A stretch of 64,000 nt of DNA from sequence record NZ_CP044066.1. One strand, written 5' to 3'. This document shows, piece by piece, positions 20,162-29,664 of this stretch (position 1 is the first letter of the stretch; the number at the start of each line of letters is the position of its first letter). The notes under the pieces were generated by a model. It did not search any database. It saw only the letters and a list, made by a program, of their open reading frames with translations, and had not been told where the DNA came from. This DNA comes from a plasmid. The position numbers and the translations under genes are program-made.

Positions 20162-20262
20162 GATAAGCGTCGCAGATTGATCGTGTAGCGATCCGCAAGT
20201 CGAGCGACGGGTAGGCCCGAGGCAGTTTGTCGATATGCCAATCGATGTGATCGCGACCCAGC

Positions 20263-20481
20263 TTAGTCTTTCTGGTTGCGCAGGTCATGCTCAAAGGATT
20301 TGCGGGTCTGGATATGGCCATCCAGACCATGCACGAGAAGCTCGACATGTTCGCGCTGCGCTCGCTCTGTCCCGGCGCGAATGGCTTCATGCTGCGTGGC
20401 AAAGAGGGTGCGCACACCTCCCCCCTCGACTTGCACAGCCCACGAATCCCCGGCGGGTGTGATATGGACATTCGCATTCAT
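20263..20481 (-). CDS. DUF2188-family small protein
   Basis: 'MNANVHITPAGDSWAVQVEGGGVRTLFATQHEAIRAGTERAQREHVELLVHGLDGHIQTRKSFEHD' matches the DUF2188 pattern (..VHV.P....W.V...G......T...Q.EAI..A...A......EL.IHG.DG.I). Confidence 0.75.
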   Translation of the reverse strand: MNANVHITPAGDSWAVQVEGGGVRTLFATQHEAIRAGTERAQREHVELLVHGLDGHIQTRKSFEHDLRNQKD

Positions 20482-20557
20482 GTTCGACCTCCTACCTTTG
20501 GGCTAGGGTGTGAAGCGTCAGCCAGTCCTTGGTGCACAGGCGCTGCCCATGAGGTGC

Positions 20558-21037
20558 CTATACCCAGCGAAAGTTCGGCATAAGGTCCTTATGTTCGTCA
20601 ATGCTTACACCGCCGAGCTCGTGGACGATTCGTTTCGTGACTTCCTTGGATGCGGAGTCGCAGCTGGTAACCATCAGAATTTCCTTCGGCGCTACGTCTG
20701 TTTGCTTCCGGGACAGGCTGAAGCGAGGAATCTGTCCACCAAGCAAACCACCAATCCACCAGAAGATCATGGCACCGAAGGTACTTGCGCCCAAGTAAGC
20801 CATGAAGTTGTTTGCCGAATCGGCCGAGGCTCCGAATCGATAGACTGTCACCGCGCCGATGACTGAGCCGATAAGAATCCCGGAAACCGCAAGTTCCTCT
20901 CGATAGGAGGTGTGGGCCTTGTCGACTGTGGGAAGTTCTTCCACCGGCTGGTCTCCGTTTTGCGAGAACCATGGGCCGCCGATCAAGTTGGAACTGCCGG
21001 CAATGCCGCGGAGCGCAGTTCGCGCCAGCCGCGCCAT
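20558..21037 (-). CDS. Glycine-zipper membrane protein of unknown function (possibly stress-associated, DUF1269-like)
   Basis: ATG at 21037 has AAGGAT 8 nt upstream. The TM segment has GxxxG repeats ('SGILIGSVIGAVTV', 'YLGASTFGAMIFWWIGGLLGG'). The soluble C-terminus is 'KEILMVTSCDSASKEVTKRIVHELGGVSIDEH'. The family assignment is tentative. Confidence 0.5.
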   Translation of the reverse strand: MARLARTALRGIAGSSNLIGGPWFSQNGDQPVEELPTVDKAHTSYREELAVSGILIGSVIGAVTVYRFGASADSANNFMAYLGASTFGAMIFWWIGGLLGGQIPRFSLSRKQTDVAPKEILMVTSCDSASKEVTKRIVHELGGVSIDEHKDLMPNFRWV

Positions 21038-21327
21038 GGCGAGATCCTTGATACGAAAATAGAGTAGCGTGCGCATGATGTGCCCCAGTTTAGAAACGTG
21101 GCTTCCATCGAGATTGCCGTGGAAGGGGTGCGATAGAAGATTCGCGACTCGCAACCTATCAACACGTTATAGGTAATACGCTCACCGGTCTGTCCGGTGT
21201 CGTACGGCTCCGAAAAAAGCCCTAGTCATTGTCCGTCACCGTACCGAATTTTCGTTGCCTCCATGACATCATCATTCGCAATCGAGGAATCATTTTTTTT
21301 GCTTGTTTATTCAGAATGAGGTGCCCC

Positions 21328-21762
21328 ATGGCTACGTCACCCAAACCACCGACCGATTTCACTACCATACTCGAACAGTACAAGCTGCCCGGTGTGGACA
21401 TGGCGTCTATCATCGACGCGCGCAGAAAGGATATCGAGGCTATCACCCAGGCAAACAGGGTCGCTTATGAAGGGATGCAGATGCTGGTCCAGAAACAGCT
21501 GGATATCTTCAATAAGACGATCCAGCAGATCCAGGCCGAGATTCCGAATGCTGTAGCGGGCACTGAGGGTTTCCGGACAGTGACGCAGCAAAGTGAACTG
21601 GTGCAGCAGCGCCTCCATACCGCGTTCAAGAACATGAGAGAGATGGCGGAAATGGCTCAAAAATCGCAATCCGAAGCGCTGGCGGTCATGACACGGCGCG
21701 CGGACCAGAACATCGACGCCGCGAAAGGGCTTATGAGAGGGACCGGCAAACTTGGCAGATGA
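21328..21762 (+). CDS. Phasin-family (PHA granule-associated) protein
   Basis: ATG at 21328 after 'gaggtg'. All-helical 144 aa. 'DIEAITQANRVAYEGMQMLVQKQLDIFNKTIQQIQAEI...ELVQQRLHTAFKNMREMAEMAQKSQSEAL' resembles the Phasin_2/TIGR01841 pattern. Confidence 0.6.
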   Translation: MATSPKPPTDFTTILEQYKLPGVDMASIIDARRKDIEAITQANRVAYEGMQMLVQKQLDIFNKTIQQIQAEIPNAVAGTEGFRTVTQQSELVQQRLHTAFKNMREMAEMAQKSQSEALAVMTRRADQNIDAAKGLMRGTGKLGR

Positions 21763-21841
21763 GCCGCCGCCTCGCTTGGCGGCTGGTACGCGGACATCAC
21801 GGCAACGGTGATGTGGCTTGGCAGAGCTGTGAGGAGACTAT

Positions 21842-22093
21842 ATGGCTTTGAACTTTCCGAACCCCAGTAGAAGCTACGATGCTTCGCGCAACTGTGTTCG
21901 CTTTTGGGGTTATGACGAGTCGCGCGAAGTATCGTTCCAGGTCTCCGGTGTGTTCCTGGCGCACTTGGCAAAGGATCTCTCGCTTGATGAAGAACGACAG
22001 TTGGCTTTGTTTGACCGATACCGCGAGCAGATTTACGGGATGGCGCATGAGATCTACACCGATGACCCACGCAACACCTACGTCATCGGATAA
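21842..22093 (+). CDS. DUF1488-family protein
   Basis: 'MALNFPNPSRSYDASRNCVRFWGYDESREVSFQVSGVFL' matches the conserved DUF1488 N-terminus (..FPN..R.....R.V.FWGYD...E..F.V). Confidence 0.7.
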   Translation: MALNFPNPSRSYDASRNCVRFWGYDESREVSFQVSGVFLAHLAKDLSLDEERQLALFDRYREQIYGMAHEIYTDDPRNTYVIG

Positions 22094-22129
22094 GGCGTAT
22101 AAAATGGCGCGAGATGTGTTTTCGGTTTT

Positions 22130-22834
22130 TTAGCTGCCGGGGAGCAGTCGTTCGAATTCCCGCTTCACCACGGCATAGCATTCGCAGACGCGCTCTTCCA
22201 ACCCCGCACGGTCAAGAATGGCGATGTGACCATGACTGTAGCGGATCAAGCCTGCAGCCTGTAGCTTCAGCGCAGCCTCAGTCACTCCCGATCGTCGCAC
22301 GCCAAGCATGTTTGCGATGAGTTCCTGAGTCATCGTCAGATCGTTTGTCGGCAACCGGTCCAGACTCAAAAGCAGCCATCGGCAGAGTTGCTGGTCGATG
22401 GAATGATGGCGATTGCAAACTGCTGTCTGTGCCATCTGCGTGATGAGTGCCTGGGTGTACCGCAACAAGAGTTGCTGCATCGGCCCCCCGCGCTGGAACT
22501 CCTGCCTCAATATCATGGCGCCCATGCGGTATGCATGCCCCGCGCTCTGCACGACTGCACGGCTTGGCGTCGTTTCCCCGCCCATGAAGATGGCAATACC
22601 AACGATTCCTTCGTTGCCGACAATTGCGATCTCCGCCGACGCTCCATCCTCCATTACGTACAACAGCGAAATGATCGAGTCGACCGGGAAGTAGACCGAT
22701 CGTAGCTGGTCCCCCGATTCGTACACAACGTGACCCAATGGGAGTTCCACCAACTCCACATGTGGGTAAAGACGCGCCTTATCAGCTGCCGGGAGCATGG
22801 CAAGTAAGCGATTGGACATCGGGGTGATCGCCAT
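22130..22834 (-). CDS. Crp/Fnr-family transcriptional regulator
   Basis: cNMP-binding-like barrel ('VELPLGHVVYESGDQLRSVYFPVDSIISL'). C-terminal HTH ('MTQELIANMLGVRRSGVTEAALKLQAAGLI'). Confidence 0.85.
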   Translation of the reverse strand: MAITPMSNRLLAMLPAADKARLYPHVELVELPLGHVVYESGDQLRSVYFPVDSIISLLYVMEDGASAEIAIVGNEGIVGIAIFMGGETTPSRAVVQSAGHAYRMGAMILRQEFQRGGPMQQLLLRYTQALITQMAQTAVCNRHHSIDQQLCRWLLLSLDRLPTNDLTMTQELIANMLGVRRSGVTEAALKLQAAGLIRYSHGHIAILDRAGLEERVCECYAVVKREFERLLPGS

Positions 22835-23093
22835 AGCTGTCTCTTCTTGGGAGTACCGAGATTGGTCGGGACAGCCCTTCTGAGGACAAAAATTCTCGAT
22901 ACTTCCAATCCAACTATAGGCAGTCGCCGACTTGAGACAAGTGCCCACAAAGCTTCCCTAACCTGCCCTTGACTTGCCGTATCACAACCCCTATAACATC
23001 CATATGGACGGTATGAGGATGGCTGTGGGATGGCATCTGACGGTATGTGAATAAAAATCCTCCCTTCGAGATTCGACAGCGGCACAGAGAAAA

Positions 23094-23519
23094 ATGACTA
23101 ATAAAGCATACGCGTTAGTGGATAAGCCTAAGGGTGGCGACACCGAGAAGATCACTATCAACCTAGGACCGGTGGACTTGGGGCAAATCGATTTGCTGGT
23201 GGCCGAAGGCTTCTACTCCAACAGAACCGACCTCATCCGTACGGCCATCCGAAATCAGTTGGCCGTCCACGCGCAGGCCATCCAGGAAACGGTGATACGG
23301 CGTCAGCTGGTACTGGGGCTGCATCATTTCTCGAAGCGAGATCTGGAGGCGATCCTGGAAGCCAAACAGAAGCTCGCTATCCAGGTACTTGGCTTGGCCA
23401 GCATTGCATCGGACGTGAGTCCTGACCTGGCGACTGCAACTGTCGCCTCTGTCGAAGTCTTGGGCGTCTTTCACGCATCACCGGCGGTAAAAGCGGCGTT
23501 GGCGGGACGCATACGGTAG
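23094..23519 (+). CDS. Ribbon-helix-helix (CopG/Arc-like) domain protein
   Basis: The N-terminal 'EKITINLGPVDLGQIDLLVAEGFYSNRTDLIRTAIRNQL' fits a ribbon-helix-helix fold. 141 aa. It lies immediately upstream of the esterase gene. Confidence 0.6.
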   Translation: MTNKAYALVDKPKGGDTEKITINLGPVDLGQIDLLVAEGFYSNRTDLIRTAIRNQLAVHAQAIQETVIRRQLVLGLHHFSKRDLEAILEAKQKLAIQVLGLASIASDVSPDLATATVASVEVLGVFHASPAVKAALAGRIR

Positions 23520-23568
23520 TTCGCGGTAATTACGCCGCACCTGGTTCGCCAGATTGGAGAGCATCACA

Positions 23569-24684
23569 ATGAAGATGAACGACGCCTTCCTCGCCTCAAT
23601 GCGCGAGGCCATGCACCTGCTGAAAACGGCAGGCCCGATGGAGGCGACGACTGCAATCCAGCGCGCGCTCGGCCACCACTCGACCGATCTCGGCCTCGGC
23701 AAGCACAGCGCACCGATGCCTGCGCAAATCGTGGAGTCGCTGTTGACTGACGAGAGGCCGCAGTTGGACAAGGCAGAACCCGTGACGACCGTCGTTGAAC
23801 CGAGTGTCCCTCCACACGCGGTCGCTACTGGGCATTTTTCCCAACACAACTTTGCCAACCAGGCCGGGCAGCGCTCATACAAGGTGTACGTGCCGGCGGC
23901 CGACGCTCGGGCGGAGCCAATGCCGCTCGTCGTTATGCTCCATGGATGTACACAGGACGCCAACGACTTTGCCGCCGGTACCCGTATGAACAACCTTGCG
24001 GACGATCTTGGCTTTGTGGTGGTGTATCCGATTCAATCTCCCGCCGCCAATACCTCGAAATGCTGGAACTGGTTTCGCCCAGGTGATCAACGAGCGGATC
24101 AGGGAGAGCCTTCCATCATTGCTGGTATCACGCGTGAGGTTATGGCGGCTCACCGTATCGATAGAAGTCGGGTATATGTGGCCGGGCTTTCCGCCGGTGG
24201 CGCAATGGCAGCTGTGATGGTCCACACCTATCCAGATCTCTTCGCGGCAGGAGGCGTTCACTCAGGGCTTCCGGCCGGAAGCGCGCACGACCTACCCTCT
24301 GCGCTAGCTGCGATGAACGGCGGCAAAGGAGTTGGACCTTCAAAGCGAGGCGTGGCTCAACCAGTGAAGGCGGTACGTCCCCTGATCGTCTTCCATGGCG
24401 ATGCAGATCACACGGTGCATCCGTCGAACGGGGCAAGGCTGATGGAGCCGTATCAACAAGGACAGCCCAAGGACACGGAAAGGAACAGGGCCACAACCGG
24501 CCGCAGATATACCCGCGAGAAGATTAGCTCGGCGGGCGGTGTGGATGCCGAATACTGGCTGATCCATGGCGCCGGTCACGCGTGGTCGGGGGGCGGCACT
24601 GACGGTTCCTACACTGACCCCAAGGGACCAGACGCCAGTGCGGAAATGCTGCGATTTTTCCTCGCGCATCCCTTGCCCCGCTGA
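23569..24684 (+). CDS. PHB-depolymerase-family esterase (alpha/beta hydrolase)
   Basis: 'LVVMLHGCTQDANDFAAGTRMNNLADDLGFVVVYPIQS', 'RVYVAGLSAGGAMAAV' (a GxSxG nucleophile elbow) and 'IVFHGDADHTVHP' are typical of the Esterase_phd/TIGR01840 family. ATG at 23569 after 'tggagag'. Confidence 0.8.
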   Translation: MKMNDAFLASMREAMHLLKTAGPMEATTAIQRALGHHSTDLGLGKHSAPMPAQIVESLLTDERPQLDKAEPVTTVVEPSVPPHAVATGHFSQHNFANQAGQRSYKVYVPAADARAEPMPLVVMLHGCTQDANDFAAGTRMNNLADDLGFVVVYPIQSPAANTSKCWNWFRPGDQRADQGEPSIIAGITREVMAAHRIDRSRVYVAGLSAGGAMAAVMVHTYPDLFAAGGVHSGLPAGSAHDLPSALAAMNGGKGVGPSKRGVAQPVKAVRPLIVFHGDADHTVHPSNGARLMEPYQQGQPKDTERNRATTGRRYTREKISSAGGVDAEYWLIHGAGHAWSGGGTDGSYTDPKGPDASAEMLRFFLAHPLPR

Positions 24685-24699
24685 TATCTGCTTTAACCG

Positions 24700-27600
24700 C
24701 TATTGACGACCGCGGCTGATCAATGCGTTTAGCTTTTGATAATCCGCGGGTTTGACCATGTAGTGGTCGATTGCGCCCTGCCTGTGGTGTCCGGTCGCAG
24801 GAAGGCCATAGCCGCTCAGTGCAACCACGAGCACGCTGGTTTGTTCCGGCATTTCGCGGATCCGGCGCGCCACTTCATAGCCGTCCATATCAGGCAGACC
24901 AATATCGAGCAAGATCACTTCCGGACGGAACTCTTCTACCGACGCAAGAGCCGCAGTTCCATCGGCGGCAACACGTACCTCGTGCCCATCCAGGAGCAAA
25001 AGAGCGGCCGCGCTCTGCGCGGCATCATTGTTATCATCCACCAGCAATATTCGGCGACTCGTAGGTTCGCTCGCTGGCTCAACGGGATTCGAATGGCGAT
25101 CGGCCAATGTTCCGTGGGGCAACACAGGTAATCGTACGACAAACGTGCTGCCTTGGTTCAGCCCTGGGCTCGTCGCATGGACGGTGCCACCGTGCAGTTC
25201 AACTAGCTTGCGCACCAGCGCGAGTCCGAGCCCCAAGCCCGACTGTCTCCGATCCGCAGGCGAGTCCGCCTGTACGAAAATGTCAAAAATCGGTGAAAGA
25301 AGCTCTTTCTTCATTCCGATACCGTCATCGGTCAGCGTGATAACCGCCTCATCGCCCTGGCGCTCCAGCGTGAGGGCAATATGGCCGCCATCTGGGGTGT
25401 ACTTGATGGCGTTTGCCAGCAGATTGCTAACAATCTGCTCGAGCCGTAGAGGATCTCCTTTGACAATCAGCGAGCCCGGCGGCAGCCTAAGGGTCAGCTC
25501 ATGCCGTTGCAGATCCGCAAGCGGACGAAGGGTCTGGATTGCGTGTCGCACAGGTTCCGCTAGATCTATCTGGACAGACCTAACGACGATCACGCCGCGG
25601 GTGATTCGCGAGACATCGAGAAGGTCGTCGACGAGGCCGATCTCGTGGTCCAGTTGTCGCTGCACCGATTCTTGCACCTGCCGAACGGTCACGGCGTCGG
25701 CGGTACCGCGCTGCCAGACAAGTAGCCCGCTGCGAATTGCGGCAAGTGGATTGCGCAACTCGTGTCCAAGCATAGCCAGGAATTCATCTTTCTGACGATC
25801 GGCTTCTTGCAGCCGGGCAAAATCCGCTCGCTGCCTGGTGACATCTTCAATCGTCAGGAGAACCGAGCCCTGCCCTGACCAGTCCAACCTGCGCGCATTT
25901 AGTCGCATGGTGCGCAGGCCGATTCGCGGGAAAGCGTGAACGATCTCGTAATCGCGAACCGCGGAATGTCGGGGAAGTACATTCTCGAGCAGTTCGCGTA
26001 GCGCCGGAATATCCCACTGGCCGTTACCCAGTGCGTATAGCCGGGAGCCCGCAGTGCTCTCAACAGTCGTGGCGAACATCTGGTAGAAAGCCGCGTTGGC
26101 TCGCTTTACGCGAAGGCCCCCATCGAGCACGAGGATCGGCTGTGCCGTCGTCTCGATGATACCCTCCGCAAAGTCTCTGGCCCCGGCGACATCGGTGTGC
26201 AGATCCTTGAGCTCTCGCACCCGATAGCGCAGTTCCTCATTGGTGGTCGAGAGTTCTTCATTGATCGACTGGAGCTCTTCCTTCGCCGTCTCCAGCTCCT
26301 CGTTCGTGCTGCGGAACTCCTCGTTGCTAGATAGCAGTTCTTCCTCGCTGGACTTGAGTTCCTCGCGGGCGCTCTCGTGCTCTTCCAGCGCCGCTCTGAG
26401 ACGCTCACGGGTTGCGGCAAGCTCGCTTGTCAGCCGGGCGATCTCCTCATCTTTGCCCCCGCGGGTACGGGCGTATTGCGGCCCAACACGCTGCTGCAGT
26501 AACTGTAGGATCAACGCCCTGAGAGGTGCATCTGCAAATCCTCTTTGCGTGACCGGAGGGTAGATGTGTCCCTCGAAAAAGACCAGGAACCAGCGCGAAT
26601 CAGTGCCCGATAGCTTTACGGGACGCACTTCAATGCTGGCCGCACAGTCGCTGCCAGCAAGATTGGCCCGCAATCCTGTCCGACGAGCCGGCGCACCGCT
26701 CTGGCGTACTCTATTGATCGCTTCCGTAACGGCCAGAAAAATCTCCGGCCTAGCGAGTTTTTGAAGGTTCATGCTCGGAGGACCTTCCGGATTAGATAGC
26801 CACCCACTTGTATCGCCGCGAAACATAAGGATATTGAGGTCGCTATCGCATACCACACCGGGGGGCGCGTAGCGACCGAGAGCCTGCCGGTCGGCCTCTG
26901 TGCGGAGTTGCGTTTCCTGCGTTTGTTCACGAGTGGAAGTTCCATGTCGATTTGCTCCGCCATGGGGTCGGGCTGCGATTGTGTCCGGCAACGACGGCTG
27001 AATAGTAGGTCGTGGTTTTCGGATGTAGACCTTGGAACTAGCGTCTTCCAGAACGCCAAAGTACTCGGAGAACGCTCCGACAGTTTCGGAAGGGCCGAGC
27101 ATCAAGACGCCTTCAGTGCGCAACGCATAATGAAAGAGAGGCAGCACGCGAGCTTGTAGCACCGGATCGAGGTAGATCAGCAGGTTCCTGCAACTCACCA
27201 GGCTCATGCGCGAAAACGGGGGATCCTCGGCGACGTTGTGACGCGCAAAGGTACACATGTCCCGTAAGGACTTGTCGATGCGGAAGTATTCGCCTTCGCG
27301 CACGAAATAGCGGCTCAGGCGCTCGGCCGAGACGTTGCGCGCAATATTTTCTATGTAGCGTCCGGTGCGAGCGGCTTCCAGCGCCTCAAGGCTGACGTCC
27401 GTGCCGAATATTTGTACTGAGGCTTCCGAAAGTTGGGGCCCAAGATACTCCGCCAGGCAAATGGCAAGCGAATAGACCTCTTCCCCGCTCGCGCATCCCG
27501 GCACCCAGATTCGAATGGGCCGGTTTGCGCCTGTCTCGCGGAGAATGCGGGGCAAAACGGTGTGTACCAGGGTGTCGAATGTCTTCGGGTCCCGAAAGAA

Positions 27601-28467
27601 CTCGGTTACGCGGACGAGTAGATCACGACCCAGCGCCAGCGCCTCGGCTGTATCCTCTTCAAGGACTGCACGATAGTCGGCTAGCGATGTCAATTGGCGC
27701 AAAGCCATACGACGCGCGAGTCTGCGCTCGACAGTACCGCGCTTGTAATGGGTGAAGTCGATCGTGCAGGCCGATCGTAAGAGCCAGAATATGCGCCGGA
27801 GGGCGGGGCCTCCCGAATCGGCTTCTAGGCTTGTACAAACATCATCTCCAACCCGCCGGATCGGGAGGGCTGTGATACGTCCGATCTCCGCCGCGATCTC
27901 TTGCGGCTTCATAACGAAGTCGACGCAACCAGTGGCAATGGCCGCCCGCGGCATGCTGGAGAATTTAGCGGATTCCTCGTCCTGCGCAAACGTAATTCCG
28001 CCCTCCCGCTGCAGCGCACGCAGGCCCAACGCGCCGTCCGAGCCTCCACCCGAAAGCACGACGCCGATGGCGTTCTGACCTTCATGCGCCGCCAGCGAGT
28101 CGAACAGATCGTCGATTGGCATCGGAGGGCCCAGCGTGTTGCCACCCGGCTCGAGGTGAATCTTCCAGCCATTCACGAACATTCGGGCGTTGGGCGGAAT
28201 TACGTAGACGCGATTGATCCCTAACTGCATTCCGTCAACCGCTTCGACCACCTCCATTTCCGTTCGCGTGGCCAGAATTCCGGGCAGCAAACTCTCGTGG
28301 GACGGGTCAAGATGCTGAACGATCAGGAACGCCGCACCAGTGTCGCCAGGAAGCGCGCCAAAAAAGTCGGACAGCGCCTCTAGTCCGCCAGCTGATGCGC
28401 CAATACCAACGAGCGGAATCGAGGAAGGCGTCGGTTCTGCAGAATCCGCGGACAGGCTAGTCGCCAT
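24700..28467 (-). CDS. CheB methylesterase / CheR methyltransferase / PAS / histidine kinase / receiver hybrid sensor protein (paralog of 544-4647)
   Basis: CheB motif 'PLVGIGASAGG'. CheR motif 'IRIWVPGCASGEEVYSLAICL'. A heptad EEL array and a PAS region. HisKA 'GHELRNPLAAIR'. HATPase 'NLLANAIKYT...GLGLGLALV'. C-terminal receiver 'RILLVDDNND...DIGLPDMDGYEV'. The ATG at 28467 ('MATSLSADS') is preceded by GAGGA. The track ORF extends to 28521. Confidence 0.9.
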   Translation of the reverse strand: MATSLSADSAEPTPSSIPLVGIGASAGGLEALSDFFGALPGDTGAAFLIVQHLDPSHESLLPGILATRTEMEVVEAVDGMQLGINRVYVIPPNARMFVNGWKIHLEPGGNTLGPPMPIDDLFDSLAAHEGQNAIGVVLSGGGSDGALGLRALQREGGITFAQDEESAKFSSMPRAAIATGCVDFVMKPQEIAAEIGRITALPIRRVGDDVCTSLEADSGGPALRRIFWLLRSACTIDFTHYKRGTVERRLARRMALRQLTSLADYRAVLEEDTAEALALGRDLLVRVTEFFRDPKTFDTLVHTVLPRILRETGANRPIRIWVPGCASGEEVYSLAICLAEYLGPQLSEASVQIFGTDVSLEALEAARTGRYIENIARNVSAERLSRYFVREGEYFRIDKSLRDMCTFARHNVAEDPPFSRMSLVSCRNLLIYLDPVLQARVLPLFHYALRTEGVLMLGPSETVGAFSEYFGVLEDASSKVYIRKPRPTIQPSLPDTIAARPHGGANRHGTSTREQTQETQLRTEADRQALGRYAPPGVVCDSDLNILMFRGDTSGWLSNPEGPPSMNLQKLARPEIFLAVTEAINRVRQSGAPARRTGLRANLAGSDCAASIEVRPVKLSGTDSRWFLVFFEGHIYPPVTQRGFADAPLRALILQLLQQRVGPQYARTRGGKDEEIARLTSELAATRERLRAALEEHESAREELKSSEEELLSSNEEFRSTNEELETAKEELQSINEELSTTNEELRYRVRELKDLHTDVAGARDFAEGIIETTAQPILVLDGGLRVKRANAAFYQMFATTVESTAGSRLYALGNGQWDIPALRELLENVLPRHSAVRDYEIVHAFPRIGLRTMRLNARRLDWSGQGSVLLTIEDVTRQRADFARLQEADRQKDEFLAMLGHELRNPLAAIRSGLLVWQRGTADAVTVRQVQESVQRQLDHEIGLVDDLLDVSRITRGVIVVRSVQIDLAEPVRHAIQTLRPLADLQRHELTLRLPPGSLIVKGDPLRLEQIVSNLLANAIKYTPDGGHIALTLERQGDEAVITLTDDGIGMKKELLSPIFDIFVQADSPADRRQSGLGLGLALVRKLVELHGGTVHATSPGLNQGSTFVVRLPVLPHGTLADRHSNPVEPASEPTSRRILLVDDNNDAAQSAAALLLLDGHEVRVAADGTAALASVEEFRPEVILLDIGLPDMDGYEVARRIREMPEQTSVLVVALSGYGLPATGHHRQGAIDHYMVKPADYQKLNALISRGRQ
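26225..26400 (-). repeat. Intragenic 21-nt (7-aa) tandem repeat array encoding EELKSSE/EELLSSN/EEFRSTN/EELETAK/EELQSIN/EELSTTN
   Basis: The reverse complement translates to 'REELKSSEEELLSSNEEFRSTNEELETAKEELQSINEELSTTNEEL'. The + strand shows periodic 'gagctcttc/ctcctcgtt' units. Confidence 0.85.
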
Positions 28468-28785
28468 GAGTGTCCTCTGTGCCAGTACGATACCCACGCC
28501 ACCAATCACGTCTCGCCGCACTAAGGTCTTCCCTGATCATACGCCTCGGTTGTGGGCGCTGCCCCTGAGCTCCTCCCATTACTGCAAATTTGTACCCAAT
28601 TCGGCGACGCAATGTGCAATATCGAAAGACGAAAGTCGGCAAGCTCTGCGAGGTGGTCGCCTATGCGACGCTTATTGAGGGTTTCGACGCGGTTGGGATC
28701 ACCTTTCGAAAGCATGGCTGGCGGGCACGATGATTGCGCTTCAGTGAATGCCTTGCGTTTCGCAGGGCGATCACAGAGGTTCACA

Positions 28786-29664
28786 ATGTTCATTCACAAC
28801 AAGCGTTTGCAGTACACCGTTCGTGTCTCACAGGCCGATCCGGGCCTCGCTAACCTGCTTCTCGAGCAGTTTGGCGGTCCTCAGGGGGAACTTGCTGCCG
28901 CCTGCAGGTACTTTACGCAGGCCTTGGCGGAGGAGGATCCGGGGAGAAAGGATATGTTGCTCGACATTGCCACCGAGGAACTAAGCCACCTTGAGATCGT
29001 GGGGTCAATCATTGCCATGCTCAACAGGGGCGCCAAAGGCGAACTTGCCGAAGGTGTGCAGAGCGAAGCGGATCTCTATCGATCCATGACCGGCGCAGGA
29101 AACGACAGTCATGTCACCCAGTTGCTGTTTGGCGGTGGCCCGGCGCTGGTGAATTCGGCTGGTGTTCCATGGACCGCTGCGTACATCGACAGTATCGGCG
29201 AACCCACGGCTGATCTACGCTCAAACATCGCTGCGGAATCGCGCGCCAAGATTGTCTATGAACGGCTGATGAACGTCACAACCGATCCCGGCATCAAGGA
29301 GGCACTCGGGTTTCTTATGACACGCGAGATCGCCCATCAGAAGTCGTTTGAGAAGGCGCTCTACTCGATTTCGCCGAACTTCCCGCCCGGAAAGCTTCCA
29401 GGCGATGCGCGGTTCGCGACGATCTATTACAACATGTCCAACGACGATCAACGTGGGCCGTGGAATAGCGACGAAACCTTCGCGTACGTGGAGGATCCGG
29501 AGCCGGCTGTCGATGGCGGGGATGGCACAGCTTCCGTCAAGCTTTCCGCGGATGAGCAAGAGGCTGTCATGCGCTTCGCCGCGCGCGGAAAGTCAGATCC
29601 CGAATCGGAACCGATGACTGGCGCAGAACTTGGCGCCGTCGGCGCGTTGGCAGAGCAGAAGTGA
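28786..29664 (+). CDS. Manganese catalase family protein
   Basis: ATG at 28786 after 'cagagg'. 'MFIHNKRLQYTVRVSQADPGLANLLLEQFGGPQGELAAACRYFTQA' is the canonical Mn-catalase N-terminus. The di-Mn ligand context is 'EELSHLEIVG'. Confidence 0.85.
   Translation: MFIHNKRLQYTVRVSQADPGLANLLLEQFGGPQGELAAACRYFTQALAEEDPGRKDMLLDIATEELSHLEIVGSIIAMLNRGAKGELAEGVQSEADLYRSMTGAGNDSHVTQLLFGGGPALVNSAGVPWTAAYIDSIGEPTADLRSNIAAESRAKIVYERLMNVTTDPGIKEALGFLMTREIAHQKSFEKALYSISPNFPPGKLPGDARFATIYYNMSNDDQRGPWNSDETFAYVEDPEPAVDGGDGTASVKLSADEQEAVMRFAARGKSDPESEPMTGAELGAVGALAEQK

Noticed and set aside
25028-25795. 255-aa + strand ORF inside the third CheB-CheR kinase gene
   Set aside because: It is antisense to a strongly supported gene and has no motif.
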